Source of the DNA: Raillietiella orientalis
Taxonomy: Eukaryota
Assembly (NCBI GenBank): GCA_036172245.1
Contig: JAYWIR010000006.1
Coordinates: 1,674,001 to 1,738,000 of the forward strand
Length of the DNA stretch: 64,000 nt
Direction: 5' to 3'
The notes beneath the pieces are model-generated. The model was not told the origin of the DNA. It did no database searches and was given only the letters and a program-made list of their open reading frames with translations. The position numbers and the translations under genes are program-made. Below, one piece after another: positions 37,201 through 50,920 of this stretch (the stretch's first letter is position 1; every line of letters starts with the position of its first letter).

Positions 37201-39599
37201 GTGTGCTGCCATCGACGCGGGATGAATTGAAACATCGGAAACGACCTTGAAACTGGAATTTCGGAAAGCGATCGTTTTCTTCTCCCCCTCCCTCCCTCCC
37301 TCCTCCTTCCCCCCTCATCCCTCCTCCTCTCCCGTCTTCTTCCTCCTTTCCTGTCTTTTCGCGGACGATTCGCACGGATTCCCAATCCGGAGCACGCGTT
37401 CCCGAACGCGTGTTTCCGAGAGTCGAAGAGTAACCAAATGGAACTTTTATTGCTTCTGCCCATTGCGAGAGCCGTTCGAACGCGTAATAAAAAGGACTGA
37501 TTGGACCAAATGGATCCTCTCGATCCCGCCGTTACTGTAAATATTGTACGCAAACTGCTTCCCGAGCGTGACGAGTTTGGCGGGAAGCGAGTTTGACGAC
37601 CGGGGGAATCCGTCCCGAGCCGGGAAAAACTCCTGCATCCCCCTTCTGCAGCTCGGCGAGCGCGCTTTTCAATTTCCTTTTGTTTTTTTCCCCGAAGCGA
37701 GCACGCCCTGCCGTTCCCGCGACGCTCCCGGAGCCGCCGCTCCTCGGAACGAGATGAACCGTGTGATGGATGCCATCTCATAACGCGAGAAACGTGACGC
37801 GTGTTTATCCAAACCTTCCGCGCGGGATGCGGAGAAGTATTGTTTTCCAAAACGACGCTGAAGACTGTTTATCAAATATTCACGAGCGCGACGGGGGGAG
37901 AACGCGCCGGAAATCGTTCGGTAACCGGGACGACGCTCACCCCCAAGAAGGCTCGGATCTTCCATCCGCCGCAGCGCGGCGGTTGCCACCGCCACCGCCG
38001 AGGAGCGCGCGCGCTCCCTGCCGGACCGGGTGAACGCTTCCCTTCCGTGGAAGTCCCCCCCCCCCCACTTCACGTATGCCTCACAGGTAGCAGGAAAAAA
38101 AAAAAAAAAAAAAGCAAAGAATATAGAAGAATATAGAACCTCTGCGCACAGCAGCATCGTTTTCTGCTGCTGCCTCCTCTTCGGTTTCGCCGTGCCACGT
38201 TTTCCTTTTTCCTTTTGTTTTTGTTTTTGTTTTTTGCCTCCCCGTTGGCGAAACGCCAGTCGATTTTTCACAGCGACGGATCTGCCTTCGTTTCGGGATT
38301 TTCCATTCCTTGCCTTCCCCGTTGCCTGGCAATTCGGGATAGTGGGGGGTTTACCCTGCGAGCGTGCTTATCCCTTCCACCTTCCTCTCCTCGTCCAGGA
38401 ATAATGGACGGCCAGCGGAACGGAAGGAACACGAAAACACGAGATCGATGCCGCGTCGCAGTTCCAGAAAGTTCCCGCTGGCAGAGTTCCCGCTATCCTT
38501 CTCATTGTTGCAGCTTGGCTTCATTGTTGCCGGCGCTGCTCCGGGATTTCCATACGCGCGCTCGGGATCACGTGACTTTTACAACGTTGCGCGCACACGT
38601 GCGCAGCCAGCCGTGGCCGCGATTACACAATAAAAAGCGAAGCGGCGGCGGCGGCGTGCGAAAGGCGAAGCGCGCGCGGAGGCAGCAGCAGCAGCAGCTT
38701 TTCCTCCTCGTCCCCCCCCCCCCTTTGTCTTCCGGCCCCCCTCCCCTCCTTCCCTCCCCTCCCCCTTGGACGTGTGCCTATGCAAACCCACCGCCTCCAC
38801 CGGGAACGATTCCCTCGCCGACTCCACCACCGAAGGAGCTGGCGCCCTCCGTAGCTCATCGAGGCGATTTATTTGCTCCAGCGCTGAGCTTCTTCTCTCT
38901 CTTCCTTCTTCTCCGGGGCTGTTGCCGTTCGTCTGGAAGAGGCGATTCGCAGAACAGGTGTAGCCGATTCGGTTTCCCGTCTGATAAGAGGCGTTAATAA
39001 ACAAAGGAGGACCTTCCATCCCGATTTCCCAGTTCGCCGTTGTCAACGTTACCGGGGGGGGGGGGGGGACTCAATAAAAACCGGGCGGATGCGTGCGTTT
39101 CCGCGATCTGCATTCGTTCGGATGCGCGCGCGATTGTGGGGAAAAAAAAAAAAAAAAAAAAAAAACCAACCAAATGTGGCGTGCGTGCGAGGGACTCTTC
39201 GAGACGGGCACGGTGCCCAGCAAAGTTTCATTGGAATTTAATTGAAATCGCCTCTCCCGAACGAGGAAAGAGGGGGGAAACTTTCCTTCCTCCCACCAGC
39301 CATTTTTCTCCTCCGCTTTCCTTCCCTGCTTTTTGTTTCCCTCTTCGCTTCTTCCTTTTTCTTTCCTCTTCCGGGTTTCCAACACGATTTTTATTGCGCG
39401 TGCGGAGGAATTTATTTTTAGATCGGCACTCGCCTTTTGATGAGGCGATTGCCGACCATCGTCGTGTTTCCACGTGTTTCCACGTGCCCCGACAAGACCG
39501 CACCCGCCGGGGCCGCAGTGTTCTCGGGAGAGTGATGGGGCCGCGGAAGACGGAGCGTGGCAGGAGGAGGAGGGGGAGGGGGAGGGGGAGATCGCTTGG

Positions 39600-40200
39600 C
39601 TCCGGTTCGGGAGAAGCAGATTTCCGCTTCCCGGATTCGCCCCCGGAGCTGTCTGCACGGCTGCAGGAATCGTCAAGTGGGGCTCTCCATCCTCAAACCT
39701 CCCCCGCTTTCCCCCTTTCCCGCTGCCGGCGCCGCCAGCATGGATGCCTCTCTTCCGCCCGTGTGCGTCCGGCAACCACGAGGCTCCACGCCCGCCCGCC
39801 CGCCGCCGGTCGACCTGCCCACCGTCCACCGTGGACCCTGATCTCTGATGAGGGACGGGGCCACAGCATCGCATACCACGAGGCACTCCTGGCCCACACA
39901 CCCCACACACCCTGCCGATGCTGCTCTTGGTCCGCTGGCTGTGCATCCCTCCTCCCCCTGTCCCTTGAAGCTCCTCGCATGCCATAACTTCTGGCTGCCC
40001 TCGACGTCCACTCCGTCGTTCCGCGACCTGGTCGCCCTGCCTCGCGGCCTGCTGCGGTGCGACGCCCGGATGGGATGCCGAGGAGAACGACCGGAAGTCG
40101 CCGCAGGGCAAACTCTTCCTGGTCGAGGGGGAACGGTGGCAGAGAAGACAGCTTCGAAAGTGCCTCGAGGACGAGTACTCGAGGAGGGAGACTCAGCCCC
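39600..40200 (+). mobile_element. Degenerate APE fragment
   Basis: SARLQES (CLQET-like) and SWSAG..APRMP similar to 29960-30010. Confidence 0.35.
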
Positions 40201-40520
40201 TCCTCGGTAAGAATTCGGATAGCTCCCTCCTCCATCCCAAGTGAGACAGGCAGAGGGCAATGTTTGCCCCCCACCCACCCCTCCTTCCTCCCCGGCAGTC
40301 CACTCGACCCTTCGCCGCTCCTCCTACATGCAGCACTAGGGGCCGGCCAACCATCGCCCCGGGAAGAAGCACGCGGGGGCAAGAGGAGGAGCAACTCCGG
40401 CGGGCGATCGGCTGGCGGCCGCAGAGGGTTCTGGGATGGCCGGGAAAGACCGGATGGCTGCGCGCTGCCTCAGGCTGTTCCAGCAAACGGGAGGGCAGGT
40501 GACGCCGTGGGGGGGAGAGG

Positions 40521-41533
40521 CGGTCGGCGCCCTCATAGGGGGAGGATTCAGAGGTCGCCTCCCCCCCCTCTCTCTCTCTCTCCTATCCCCAGCCGCCTTC
40601 GGGGTGAGAGCCGGGGAAAGGCACGATGGAGGGGGTAAGCGGACGCGGCGCCGATCCCACCCTCGGGGGGGGGGGGGGACCCATTTGCGCCTGCGGCCGG
40701 AAAGACGCGCGCGCACGGCCTTTCCCTTCCCGGGTGAGCCCGGTCCGCCTGCCCGCCGGAGACAATGAGGCGCCGATCCGCCGCCGCCGCGGCGACGAAG
40801 GAGGGGGGAGGGGGACGTCGAAGAATCTTCCTCCCCACCCTCCCTCTTCCCTATGCCTCCCCTCCCTTTCCAACTGAGGAGGAGGGGGGGGGGGAAAGGA
40901 AGGAACAGGGAGGAGGAGAAACGCGAAACCTTCGCCCCGGATGTTTCGGGATTCGCCACCGCCCTTACGGGACGCGTTCAGGAGGCAGCACGCCCTTCCT
41001 ACGGAGGAGCGGAAACGGGAGGGATTCCAGGGATAGCTCAGGCTCTCCTCCTCGCTCCCCCCCTCCTCTTCCTCCCCAATTTGCAGGGCTTGGTAGAGGG
41101 GGTTGTGCAGGTTTCCCCCCTTCCCGCCGAGAAGGAACAAGACCTTTCCTTCCTGGAAGGGAAGCAGGGCGATGGGTGAGGGGGAGGGAAAGGAACCGAT
41201 GGGGAGAGGGGGGGAATCGTCTCCTCCTCCCCCGCCTCCTCCCATCGCGGCAGCGGCTCAAGAGTGAGGGGACCGCGTCGGAGGAGGCGAACGTGCTGCC
41301 GGCGGCGGCGGCGGGAAGCTCTCCGCGGAGAACCGTCCGGCGAAGGAAACGGCGGGGAAGGGAAGGGAGGAGGCACTTCGGGCCTCCTTGCGCCCGCCCT
41401 CTGGAAGGCAGTCTGGGACCGCCGCCGCGTCCGCTCACCCCCTCCTTCGTGCCCTGCCCCGGTTCTCACCCCGAAGGCGGCTGGGGGGGGGGGGGGAGGC
41501 GATCGCCAAGTTCTCCCGCGAGGGCACCGACCG
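40521..41533. repeat. Inverted repeat (40521-40659 / 41414-41533) between divergently oriented ORF1-like fragments
   Basis: Core CCCCAGCCGCCTTCGGGGTGAGA..GGCACGA.GGAGGGGGT.AGCGGACGCGGCG is about 90% identical over about 73 bp; both arms translate WDRRRVR.PPPSC. Confidence 0.85.
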
Positions 41534-42049
41534 TTGCACTCACCTGGAGTTCCCTGCCCCCTTCCTCCCGAGGTCCCGGGACCCCTGCCGCCGGGTTCCT
41601 CGGATCCCGGGATCTCTCTTCCCCCCGGGCACGGGCGAAGGCTCCATTTTTTTTTTTTTTGCTTTTGATGTCTGTCTGCGGGAGCTGCGGCAGCGCGCGC
41701 TGAGGGCGCCTTAGGTTTTCCTCGCTCGCCGGCAGCGCCTCGCCGCGGACGGGGCGGGCAAGGACGGCGACCAGGAAACGGAGTGGGAAACGACACGGGT
41801 CGGTGGCCGCCGCAACGACGAGGGGGAGGAGGAGGAGGTTTGTGTGTGTGTGCGTGCCGCTGGGGGAAAACGAACGTTCAAGAGAGGGGTCTCCATGGGA
41901 ACGACACTAACGGGCGGGGGAGGTGATGTCCGACGAGAGGGCGGCTGCTGCTCCTGCTCCGACGCCGCTGCCGCCTGCAACCACGGCAACGAAGGAAGTC
42001 GGAGTGGCAGAGAGGAGCGAAAAAGAGGGAGAGGGGGCACCCCCACCCC

Positions 42050-42450
42050 TTTCTCGGCGGTGAGCTCAGGGACTACGACGGAGGTGGCGTGCCCGGTGCG
42101 TCCGAGGGGAGGGAAGGAGGAGGGGTGCGACTCCTCAGGCGTCTTTGAAGTCGGGAAGGTCGCAATCGCTCGGGTCCAGCAGCGACGCAGGGGCTCGGCC
42201 CTCTTCCCCTCTCCGCCCCTTTTCCTCGGACAGAGCGAACCGGCTTGCCTGGCCAGGTCGCCGCCGCCCCGGAGCAACGTTGCCACAGCAACGGTCCGAC
42301 CCTTCCGGAAGCCTGTCCAGGAGAGATGCGGTTCGCCCGTCCCTTCCACCGCCCCTTCCAACGAGCCGCCCCTTAACTCGAGGGCCCCCGGCCTCGACCG
42401 GGGGCATCGGGAAGCGAGCGTGTCCTGAGGTGCTCCCTCGTCGCTCCACC
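42050..42450 (-). mobile_element. Possible degenerate APE fragment
   Basis: CGNVAP..SRFALS and DLPDFKDA* (L.DAW). Confidence 0.3.
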
Positions 42451-43299
42451 TGCTCATCGAGAAGCGTCCCGGAGGAGACAGGGGGACGAAAAAGTGGGGG
42501 AGTCACCCCGTCTAGCCACTTGCTCCCCCTCCCTCCCGTCCCCTTCGACGTGGCTCCCGGCGAGGAGAAAAGGGGAGCCTCGGGGGACTCGCCAAGGGCG
42601 CGCGGCTTCCATGATGCGGCGGTGACCCTTCCGAGAGGGGAATCTTCGGGAAGCTTCACCCCCCTCCTGCCAGCCGATACCACTTTCCCACAGCGACGGG
42701 AGCGTCTGGGCGAACTTAGTCAGGAGCAGGAGGCGGCACTCTCCTGAGGTCGCCGCAAGGACGGCCACCTCAGCGCCCCCTCCCTTCTTCCCTTCCTACC
42801 ACCCAGGTGGCCAGTCCCGGGAGCAACGCTTTCTGCAGCGGACGGCCGAGCCGAGCTGTTCTGGAGTCCATCTGCCGGGATGCTGCCCTCCTCTGCATCG
42901 CATAGCAGCTGCCCTTCCCTCCGCCCCGGGACGGAGGGTGGCGAACCACCGCCACCAGCCGGAAGGAGTCGTCCAGCGCGTCCAGACTCCTTTCCGGGCC
43001 AAGACTCGCCATGGAGCGGAGTCCTCCCCTCCCCACGAGACCCCCATCTCCATGACTTCCTCCCTTCCCGGTCGCCTCTTCGCCCAACCCGCAGCGCACG
43101 CCTCTTACAGGCCGGGCGCCCTCCCGCTGGTGCCCCTCGGGTCGGCGGGAGCGGCCGACCGCGAGCCCTCAGCAGACCTGGACAGGGGGGGGGGGGGCGG
43201 GTGGGAGGGGGCGAGGAGGAAGACGGCCTGAGGCGTTGGGTGCCCTAGAGGTCACCGACGTCCGCTTTTTCCTTCCCTTCGCCGGAGAAAAAAAAAGAA

Positions 43300-45330
43300 A
43301 CACGCTGCCATCTCCTCCGGGATGTGCCCCTTCCTGGAGCGTTCGAAGGGCTCCCAGCCCGAAGATGGCTCTGCCGCCCATTCTTCCTTCCCTCAGAAAA
43401 CGACCGCAGGGGTGGCGGCCCCGCTTCCCCTCCTACAGGCATGCGCTCTGCTGCTGCTGCAACCCTCTCGGACCGTGGGGGTCGAAGAGGCGGCGCTTCC
43501 TCTCTCGGCCTCGAGGTCCTTCGGCAGCTCAGAAAGCGGGGAAGCCGCGTGGATGCGCGCCCGTGTCCTCGCGACCACCAGGTGGGCGCAGGGCGTGCGT
43601 CTTGATTCTAGGGGCGCTAGGGCAGGCTCTTCCTCTCAGGACCCGCCCTCGCGCCCTCTCCCTTCCACCCAGGACCCACCTGACTCTCGCGGGTTTCCTC
43701 TCCCCTCCGATCCCTCCCTCTGCGATGATGCTCGAGGTGGGGGAGGTATGGAGAACCCTCGAGTCCCGGGTGCGGAGGCGGCTCGCCGGGACTCCCTCTC
43801 TCTTCCGGGAGTACTCCTGCTGGGTTGCCGGGCCAACTGGCGGCGTCACACCGAGCGCCGGGTGGTCTCCGTGTGCGCCTCCGGAGGGCCGACGGGCCCC
43901 GTCCCGAGCGCGTTCCCGACCTCCCCCAAGAATCCTCCCTACCCGGCGGGTCGCACGCGTCTCGTGAGCCGCGCGGACCTCCGAGATCTCCGATTCCTGG
44001 TCACGAGCCTCGCGGGACTCCATGATCGCGCCGGGTCGCCTCCCGGTCGCTCGGGGCACGTGTTGAGAAGACGCCTGAGGCGCCACCTCGAACCTAAGCG
44101 AACTCCCAAGATTTGCCGGAGCTCTCCGCTGCGGATGTTGGGTTGCTGGGGAAGGCCACGGCCCTCCCGACTGTCGGGCCGCTGCAAGAGGAGGCGTTTC
44201 CGCCTACCTCGGGCGACGTCCCCCAAGGACCTCCGTTCCGGAGCTCCCTTCCAAGCTCCCGCACCTGCCTCGTCGCCTTCCGGACCGGGGGGGAGGGGGA
44301 GGAAAGGGGCCAGTAGGCACGCGGAGATCGGTCTAGGGTCGTAGATCCTAGGCGAGGGCGGCGCCAGACGGGTCGTTCCCAAAATTCCCCCCGCGGGGGT
44401 TTTCCGCGAGGCGGTTGGCCTCGGGATGCCACCCGAGTGACCCTTCCGATGGAACTCCAGGAGGGCGCTGCGCGCTCCGCGGCGACACGCCCAACTTCCA
44501 CGTCATCCGGCTGCAGGCGCGCAACCTCGGGCCGCTTTCCCTCCTCCTCTGAGGGCTGCCCACACGACGCTGGGATCTCTCGGCTTCCCTCGCGATGTGG
44601 TCCACGCCGGGAGCAACCTCCCACGGTTCCATGAGTGGTCACGTGGCACCAGCATGGTCGCGTACGGACTCGCCGCTTCCCCATCGTGAGGGACAGCCAC
44701 GCCCGTTGCGAAAACCACCGTGGCACAGGGTAGGCTCACTGGAGTCACCAGTCCTCCTCCTACCCCGTCCCCGTCCCCGGAGTTCGGAGGCGGCTGCCAG
44801 CTCTTGTCTCCTAGGCGACGTCGGGCGCGTTCAGTTTTTTGCTTCGCTCCCTGCCTCCGTCATACCATCCGAGCGGCTGTTAATCATCCCGGAGTGATCC
44901 CCTCGAATCGCTTGGGTCACACCTTCCAGTCGTAGGCTACCCGTAGGGAGTCGGCCAGCCGACCAAGAGCGATGAGAGCGCTGTTGGAAACCACGCGAGC
45001 CCTCGTGGGTTCCTCCGAGCTTCCAGGAGCACCATGACGCTCGCTCGAGGCTGCGCCGCACCTCCGCCACCGCATCCCGTCGCGAGAGGCCTTCGAAATC
45101 CCGCGGCAGGTCCTCCCCACAAGGGGCTGCAGCTTTCGGACTCGCCACCCGGGGAGGAGGCACTGCCGGCGACTCGGCTCTCCCCGCGGCGGCGCGCCGC
45201 AAACGCAGGACCGCCAAGGAGAGCCATCTGGAGCGACGGCGACGTCACTGATGGCCCGCGTCGACAAGGTCGCCTGCCCTACGCAGAGCGAGTCGACGGC
45301 TCGTCGGTGACGGCTTCCCGTGGGCGTGCC
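43300..45330. mobile_element. Two convergent degenerate RT fragments (+ 43300-43900, - 45330-43900)
   Basis: Plus: RKRPQGWRP..HALCC.NPL (GVRQG.PLSP..EPL), THLTLAGF and EVWRTLESRVRRRLAG. Minus: RAGDLVDAGH, LQPDDVEV (YADD) and LRQILGVRLG (KILGV.FG). Confidence 0.6.
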
Positions 45331-47169
45331 GACGCCGGGCCGCGGGCGCGAGGCGTGTGCGGCGGCGTTACGAAACCTCCTCGCTTCTTTTTCCGAGTGG
45401 CCGCTCGCACAAATCCAAGAGAGGGAGAAGGAAGGAGGGGGAGAGGGGAAGGAGTGGACGCTGCCGTCGTTACCTAAAGCCGTTCGCTTCCCCCTCCCTT
45501 CTCCCTCCCGCGGGAAGGAAGTGAAAGTGACCGCGGGAGAACCGGTTCGCCCGATTCGAGTACTCCGAAGAGGGTGAGGGGCGATCGGGAGCGGAGCGCG
45601 CGCGAAACGGAACGGAATCCTCCGCCGAGGATGAAGGGGGAAGGGAGGGCAGGGGAAGAGGGGGGGGGGGGGAGAACTCTTCGTCCGAACGCACCGCGGT
45701 TGCCCACGGAGCCCGTTGCTAGGAGCCCGAGAAAACGCGCCGCCCCAATCAAGACGGAAAGCTGCCCCGGAAAACAAACAAACAAACATGCAAACAAACA
45801 AACAAAAACAAAAAAAAGTCGGGCCCAGCGCTCGACCCCCTCAACGCTCCGAGGTGCTTCCCGTTCCGGGAGCGAACTTGCTCTGAAAACAGATGTTCCC
45901 GCAGGAAGGTGACGGGGAACGAGCAACGGATGACCGCGCGTCCCGAACGAAGAACGAGGTTCCCGGACTATTTACTCCTCCTAACCTTTTAATTGGGAGC
46001 CTCGGAATCGCCTCCGCAACGCCTGGCAATTGAAACTCCCCCGCAGCTATTTTTAGCCGCTCGGACGCCCAGTCGTCCGTCGCATCCGCGGAAAAAAAGG
46101 CAAAGGAGGAGGAAACAGATGGCGGAAGTTTTCGAAAAATCGGATGTCACATCGTCGACGTCCGTTCCTCCTCCTCCTTTCCTCCTTCTCCTCTTAGTCG
46201 GTTCCCGAGCAAGTCGCCGTTGCTTATCCCTCTTTCTTTTTCTTCTCATCTTGCTTTTTTTTCACCACCGCAACCACCAGCTCGCAGGTCCCGAGGTGTG
46301 TTTACGGGATGGGGGGGGAAGTTTATCGTGAGGCATGGCCTCCTCCGAGCCGGCGGAGCCAATCGCCCTCGATCAGGACAGGCGATAACTCGGTACGCAT
46401 TAACAGCCGCCAGCAGCTCCGGGAGGAGGGGGGAGGCGGGGAGGGGGGGAAGCCAACACGCTGCCGGCTTCCCGCGCGTACGTGATCTCCTTCTCCGCGA
46501 ACCCGAGCCCACGCTGTTCCCGCGGCAAGAGGAAGAATTCGGCAGCCTGAGATCTGATTGCTTGCCAGCCGAGTCGGGCGCGACTCCAATCGGCGAGAGG
46601 AGAGGGGAGGAGGGGGGAGGGGAAAGAGGTCGAAGAAATTTTTCGGGCGCCCAGCGAGGGTGGTTGTGCAACCGCCGGCTGGAGTGCGGTTGCAATGACA
46701 AGGACGCGGCCAGAAATACTCGGCACCGAAATGAGATTGTGCGAGTCGCTGAAGGTGAGGAAACGTTCCGGCACATCCCTCCCCCGCCATCCCTCCCTCC
46801 CTCCCTCCCTCCCTCCCCCCTCCTCCTCCTCCTCCGTGTGATGCAAGTTTTGCATCGATTTGGCAAAGAAGACGGATCGTCTGGTGTCAAGGAAGCGCCC
46901 GCGAGAGAGTGATTTCATTAGCGGATGCAAGAAACGGTTGCATCAGTACGAGAACGGGCGATTCCTGAGAATGGAAAGTCAAGGTCGATCGTCCAAGGAT
47001 GTCTTTCGTCTGGATGGAACTCGCTCGCTCCGCTCACGCCATTTCTGAAAGACGGAGGAGGAGGAGGGAGGCGAGAAGGGGGAAAAAAAAAAAGGAAGAA
47101 GAAGAAGGAGGGGGGAGGAAGGAAAGATGCAGTTTGGAGGAGGCGGATTGCGAAACCGAACGTCCATCT

Positions 47170-47600
47170 TCGCCGCACGCTCGGAGGAGGCAGCCGGGCT
47201 ACCCGCGCGATCTGTTGCAACAGGATGGAAACGGGGCGCAGGACGGGTGGCAGCAGGGCGTAGCCGAGGCGCGGGAGCCGCCGCGCGGGGCTGCGCGCTT
47301 CTTCGAGGAAGAGAGAGAGACTTGGGAGAGTCCCACCCCAGTCAAAGAGGAAAGAGGAGGGAAGAAACTTCGCTTCGCCCTCGACTCGCGCTGGCGGCGA
47401 GTGACGAAAGCTGGACGGGACGACGGCAGGAGGGGGAGGGAGAAGCACCCGAGGCGGGTTCGGAGGGACACCTCGGTCACGAGAGAGACGCTCGCGGCAC
47501 CTGGAAATCTCGCGGCGGAAGCCTCAAGGAGAGTCCACGAGAAGGAAGGGCAGCGGGCGAATGCAGGAACCGAAAGACGAGCCTGTCGAGAGGAGGACGA
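47170..47600 (-). mobile_element. Possible degenerate APE fragment
   Basis: RESRAKRSFF, LFDWGGTL (GGDFN-like) and IARVARL. Confidence 0.3.
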
Positions 47601-48439
47601 CGGCAGGATAAGAAACATCCCGTCCGCCCGCCAACGGAGAGGGGGAAAAAAGGAGCTGGGGGGGGGAAGGGGGAAGAAGAAGACCGAAAATGGGCGATTC
47701 CGAGATCCCTTTTTTTTGTCCAGGGTGGAAACTGGAACCGAGTAGCTCCAGCCGGAATCCCGGCGGGAGGGCAAGCCGCCGAGAGAGCACCTGCGATGGA
47801 GGAGGAGGAGGAGGACGAGGAGGCAGCGCCCCTAGCGGCGCGTTGAGGGACGAAAGCGAAAGCGGACGCAGAGCAGCGCGCGGGCGGCAGCGGATCGTAC
47901 CGAGAGCGAAAGAAAGCGAAACGGCGGGGCCGCTCGTGCGCGCCGCCGCGGCGGCAGCTGGCCCCAAAGAGAGAGGGGGGGCGGGACAAGAGGGATCCGA
48001 GATACCCCCGAACCAGACCGGATCCCATCTTTTCCGTCGCCCGTCTTCCGGAGCGCCGCTGCCGGCTGCTAACGCGGAAGGTCTCCCTCCCTGCCTCTCC
48101 GAGCTCTTTCGCTCGAGGGACCCCCTCCCCCCCTCTCTCTCTCTTTTGACCGCCGACAGGAGCGTTAGCAGTTCATCAAAGGGCGAACGACTGCCGTTCC
48201 CATATGGCTGTTTACCAAAAATCATCATTGGCGGGGAAAAAAAAAAAAATGAAAAATGAAAACTCCGCCGCATCTGTTCGCTTCTCACAGGGAGAGAAGG
48301 CCGCACGGATGCGCCGCCGCCCGCCTCCACTCGTGGACCGTTTACTCCCTACCGGACTCTCCCGTGCGCCTCGCGTGTAAACAACCCGCTCGCGTAAACA
48401 AACAAACGACAGTTGACGCGTTCGCGCCGGCGTTCCTCC

Positions 48440-48690
48440 CCCCCGGAGACGTTCCGCAGCAGCAGCAGTAGCATCCGTGACACCTCGGTGGCCATAAATC
48501 ACGGAGGCTCCGCGGATTCGGGAAGGATCCCGCCGCTGCCCTCGCGTCCCGGCGGCAATCCACGCCGGTGTTTCCCGTGCCAGTGCTCTCGCCCGGCTCC
48601 CCTCTCTCTCTCCCTCTCTCCCTGTGCACGCTGCTCGCCCGTCCGCGTGGGGACGGAGAGGCATCCATTCCCCTCCTCGCACGCACACCC
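48440..48690 (+). mobile_element. ORF1 zinc-knuckle remnant
   Basis: GNPRRCFPCQ...CARC...RHPF (GQPR.CF.C..GH, two knuckles). Confidence 0.4.
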
Positions 48691-48949
48691 CTCTCTTCCT
48701 CCTCCTCCTCCCCTCCCCCTTCCCCCCCTCTCGCGTCGGAAGAAAGGGAGGGAGCGCACGCGCTTCCCGGTGGGAGCTGCCGCAAGCTGGCGGGAACGCT
48801 GGCGCGCCGCTGCCTCCCCGGCAGTCACTCCGTCGAACCTCCCTCACCGCCGCCCTCCCTGAGAGAGCAGATGGGCAGCAGCCCGCCGGCAAGATGAGGG
48901 ACCTCCTGCGAGGTGAACTCTAGGAGGAAAGAGGTTGGTTGACCGTGGG

Positions 48950-50920
48950 CCAGCTCACAGACGCTGCAGCCCCAAGTGCCCCCTCCCCTCTAGCCAGGAA
49001 CCCCCGAGAAATTCCCCCGGGAACACTTCGAATGGCCCACGGAGCTCCTTCCCCCTCTCAAGTGAGGGGAGGCGGCGATCCTGCTGTTTCCCTGGGGCCT
49101 CTCATGCCCGCCGGCATTGCTGGACCTGGGAAGAGGGGGAGGGGAAGGGGGCGTGTCCGCCCGAACTCCAGCAGGAGCGGAGAGCAGGAATCTCTTCCTC
49201 ACCGGCTCGTGGGCCGCGTTGCCCTCCGGTCTCCATGGTGACCTTCTGCCGCGACCCTGCGGACCTCCCGGCAGCAACCCCAGAAATGCCTCTTCGTGCG
49301 CGGTGTCCTGCCGCATCCCCAGCAGCTCTCCTTGCTGCCTTCGCGGGACTGCGGTCGGCCGCCTGGAGAGCCGCCAAGAAAGGCCGGGACGACGGGGACG
49401 CCGTCCACCTTGCAGCCCGCTTCTTTAGATTGGCATCGAGGTGGCCCCATCTGGGAAGCACGCAGTCTGAACTTGCCGGCACCCTCGGACGGAAGCAGAG
49501 GACGCCCAGGGTTTCCCCTATTTACTTTTATTTAACTTTCCCTTTTGTCTGTTCCCCTCCCCCCTGCTGCCGAGGCGACCCTGCCCCCTGCCCAATCGGC
49601 TGGTTCTTCGGTCAGCAGACCACGTGGTAGGAGCGGCATCCCCACCACTGCCTTTGAGCGGTTCCAGGTTGCGAGAAATGCTCCAGGGCGACCGGGTGAG
49701 AAGGAAGTCGTTCCTCCGTCCTTTTTCTGGACAGGAGGAGTTGGTACTCCCGATACGAAATCGGGAGTCGGGGTCCCCTTCGGAGTGGCTGCTGCCACGT
49801 GAGCCTGCGGGCATCGACTGAGCCCCCCAGAGAGGGAGGGAGTGGGAAGGAAGGGACCTCCTTGCCAAAATTAGGCCCTGCGTCCCTCACTTCAGAGAGT
49901 CTTTGGAGGCTGTCACTCCGAAAACCTCACCTTCTCATCGCGTCCCGGAATCCCCCCCCCCCCCAGTAGCACCCTTCGTACTCTTCGCGCCGCTCCATCC
50001 CAGCTCCAGAAGCTCCCGGTGTGGTCCGTCGGGACTTCGCGAGCGCTGCCTCAGCCATCGTGGCCAACTGACCAAATTCTCGCCTCATCTCCTTCCTGGA
50101 CCACACGCGCGCCACTCTTTTTCTCTTCTCGTTTCTTTTCCCGGTCCGGAGATGACGTGTTCTTCCGGGGCAGTGCGCGCAACCCCAGTTTGGCTCCACG
50201 CCACTGGCAGGAGGAGGCTCCGGAATGTGGGGTCTGCTCATCGTCCCCTGAGGGCTGTTGACCACACCTCGCCGACCCGTTCGCCTGTCGTTGGCTGAAC
50301 CATGGGGCAGCTGGCGGACGCCGCGATCCCGAGTGCCTTTCCGCGAGGATTAGAGCGCTGGGACGAGCTGCTCGGCATTCCATCCGAAGACCTGCAGCTG
50401 CCCCCAGAGCTCAGGGGCAGCAGCATCCTCCCCTTGAAGCGGCAGGAACCGGCACTTCTGCTGTTGCGCTGGGGCTTCCCCTGCAACGCATGCCGGCACC
50501 ACCGGACGCTGGGGAGGGCGAGCCTGGACTGTCTCAGAGGTCCGGGGAACGCGAATCCCCCTCCCGCACCCGCTCGTGGACTGCATCTCCCTCCGGTCCC
50601 CGTGAGGACGTTTCCTAACGACCTTCCGGATCCCTGTTGGCACCCTCCCAGGGGCGTTTTACGGCTCCTCTTTGTGCGGGGCTCCTTAGAGCCAGCCGCA
50701 GTCGCAGCAGCTCTCTGCTGCATCCGCGGCGGCCTGGAGCGAAGCCGACGGAAGAAGAAACGGGAGGGACGCCGTCCACTCAGCAGTTCGTTTGCTGTGG
50801 ATGGCGGCCAGATGACCCCACCCGGGACTAATCGGACGGACCTAGCCGGCATCCTGGAAAGGATGCGGCCTCCCACCGGTAGACAGTGATCCCCTCCCGC
50901 CGGTTCGTTTTTCTTTTTCC
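48950..50920 (+). mobile_element. Two head-to-tail ORF2 3' fragments (48950-49550; 49600-50920), same family as 28960-29640
   Basis: GGGGAACG.GAATCCCC.CCGCACC.GCTCGTGGA.TG shared between the 29.2 and 50.5 kb copies; GCAGCTCTC and GCCGGCA.CCT.G present in all three. SFFWTG / ELVLP thumb motif near 49720. Confidence 0.7.
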
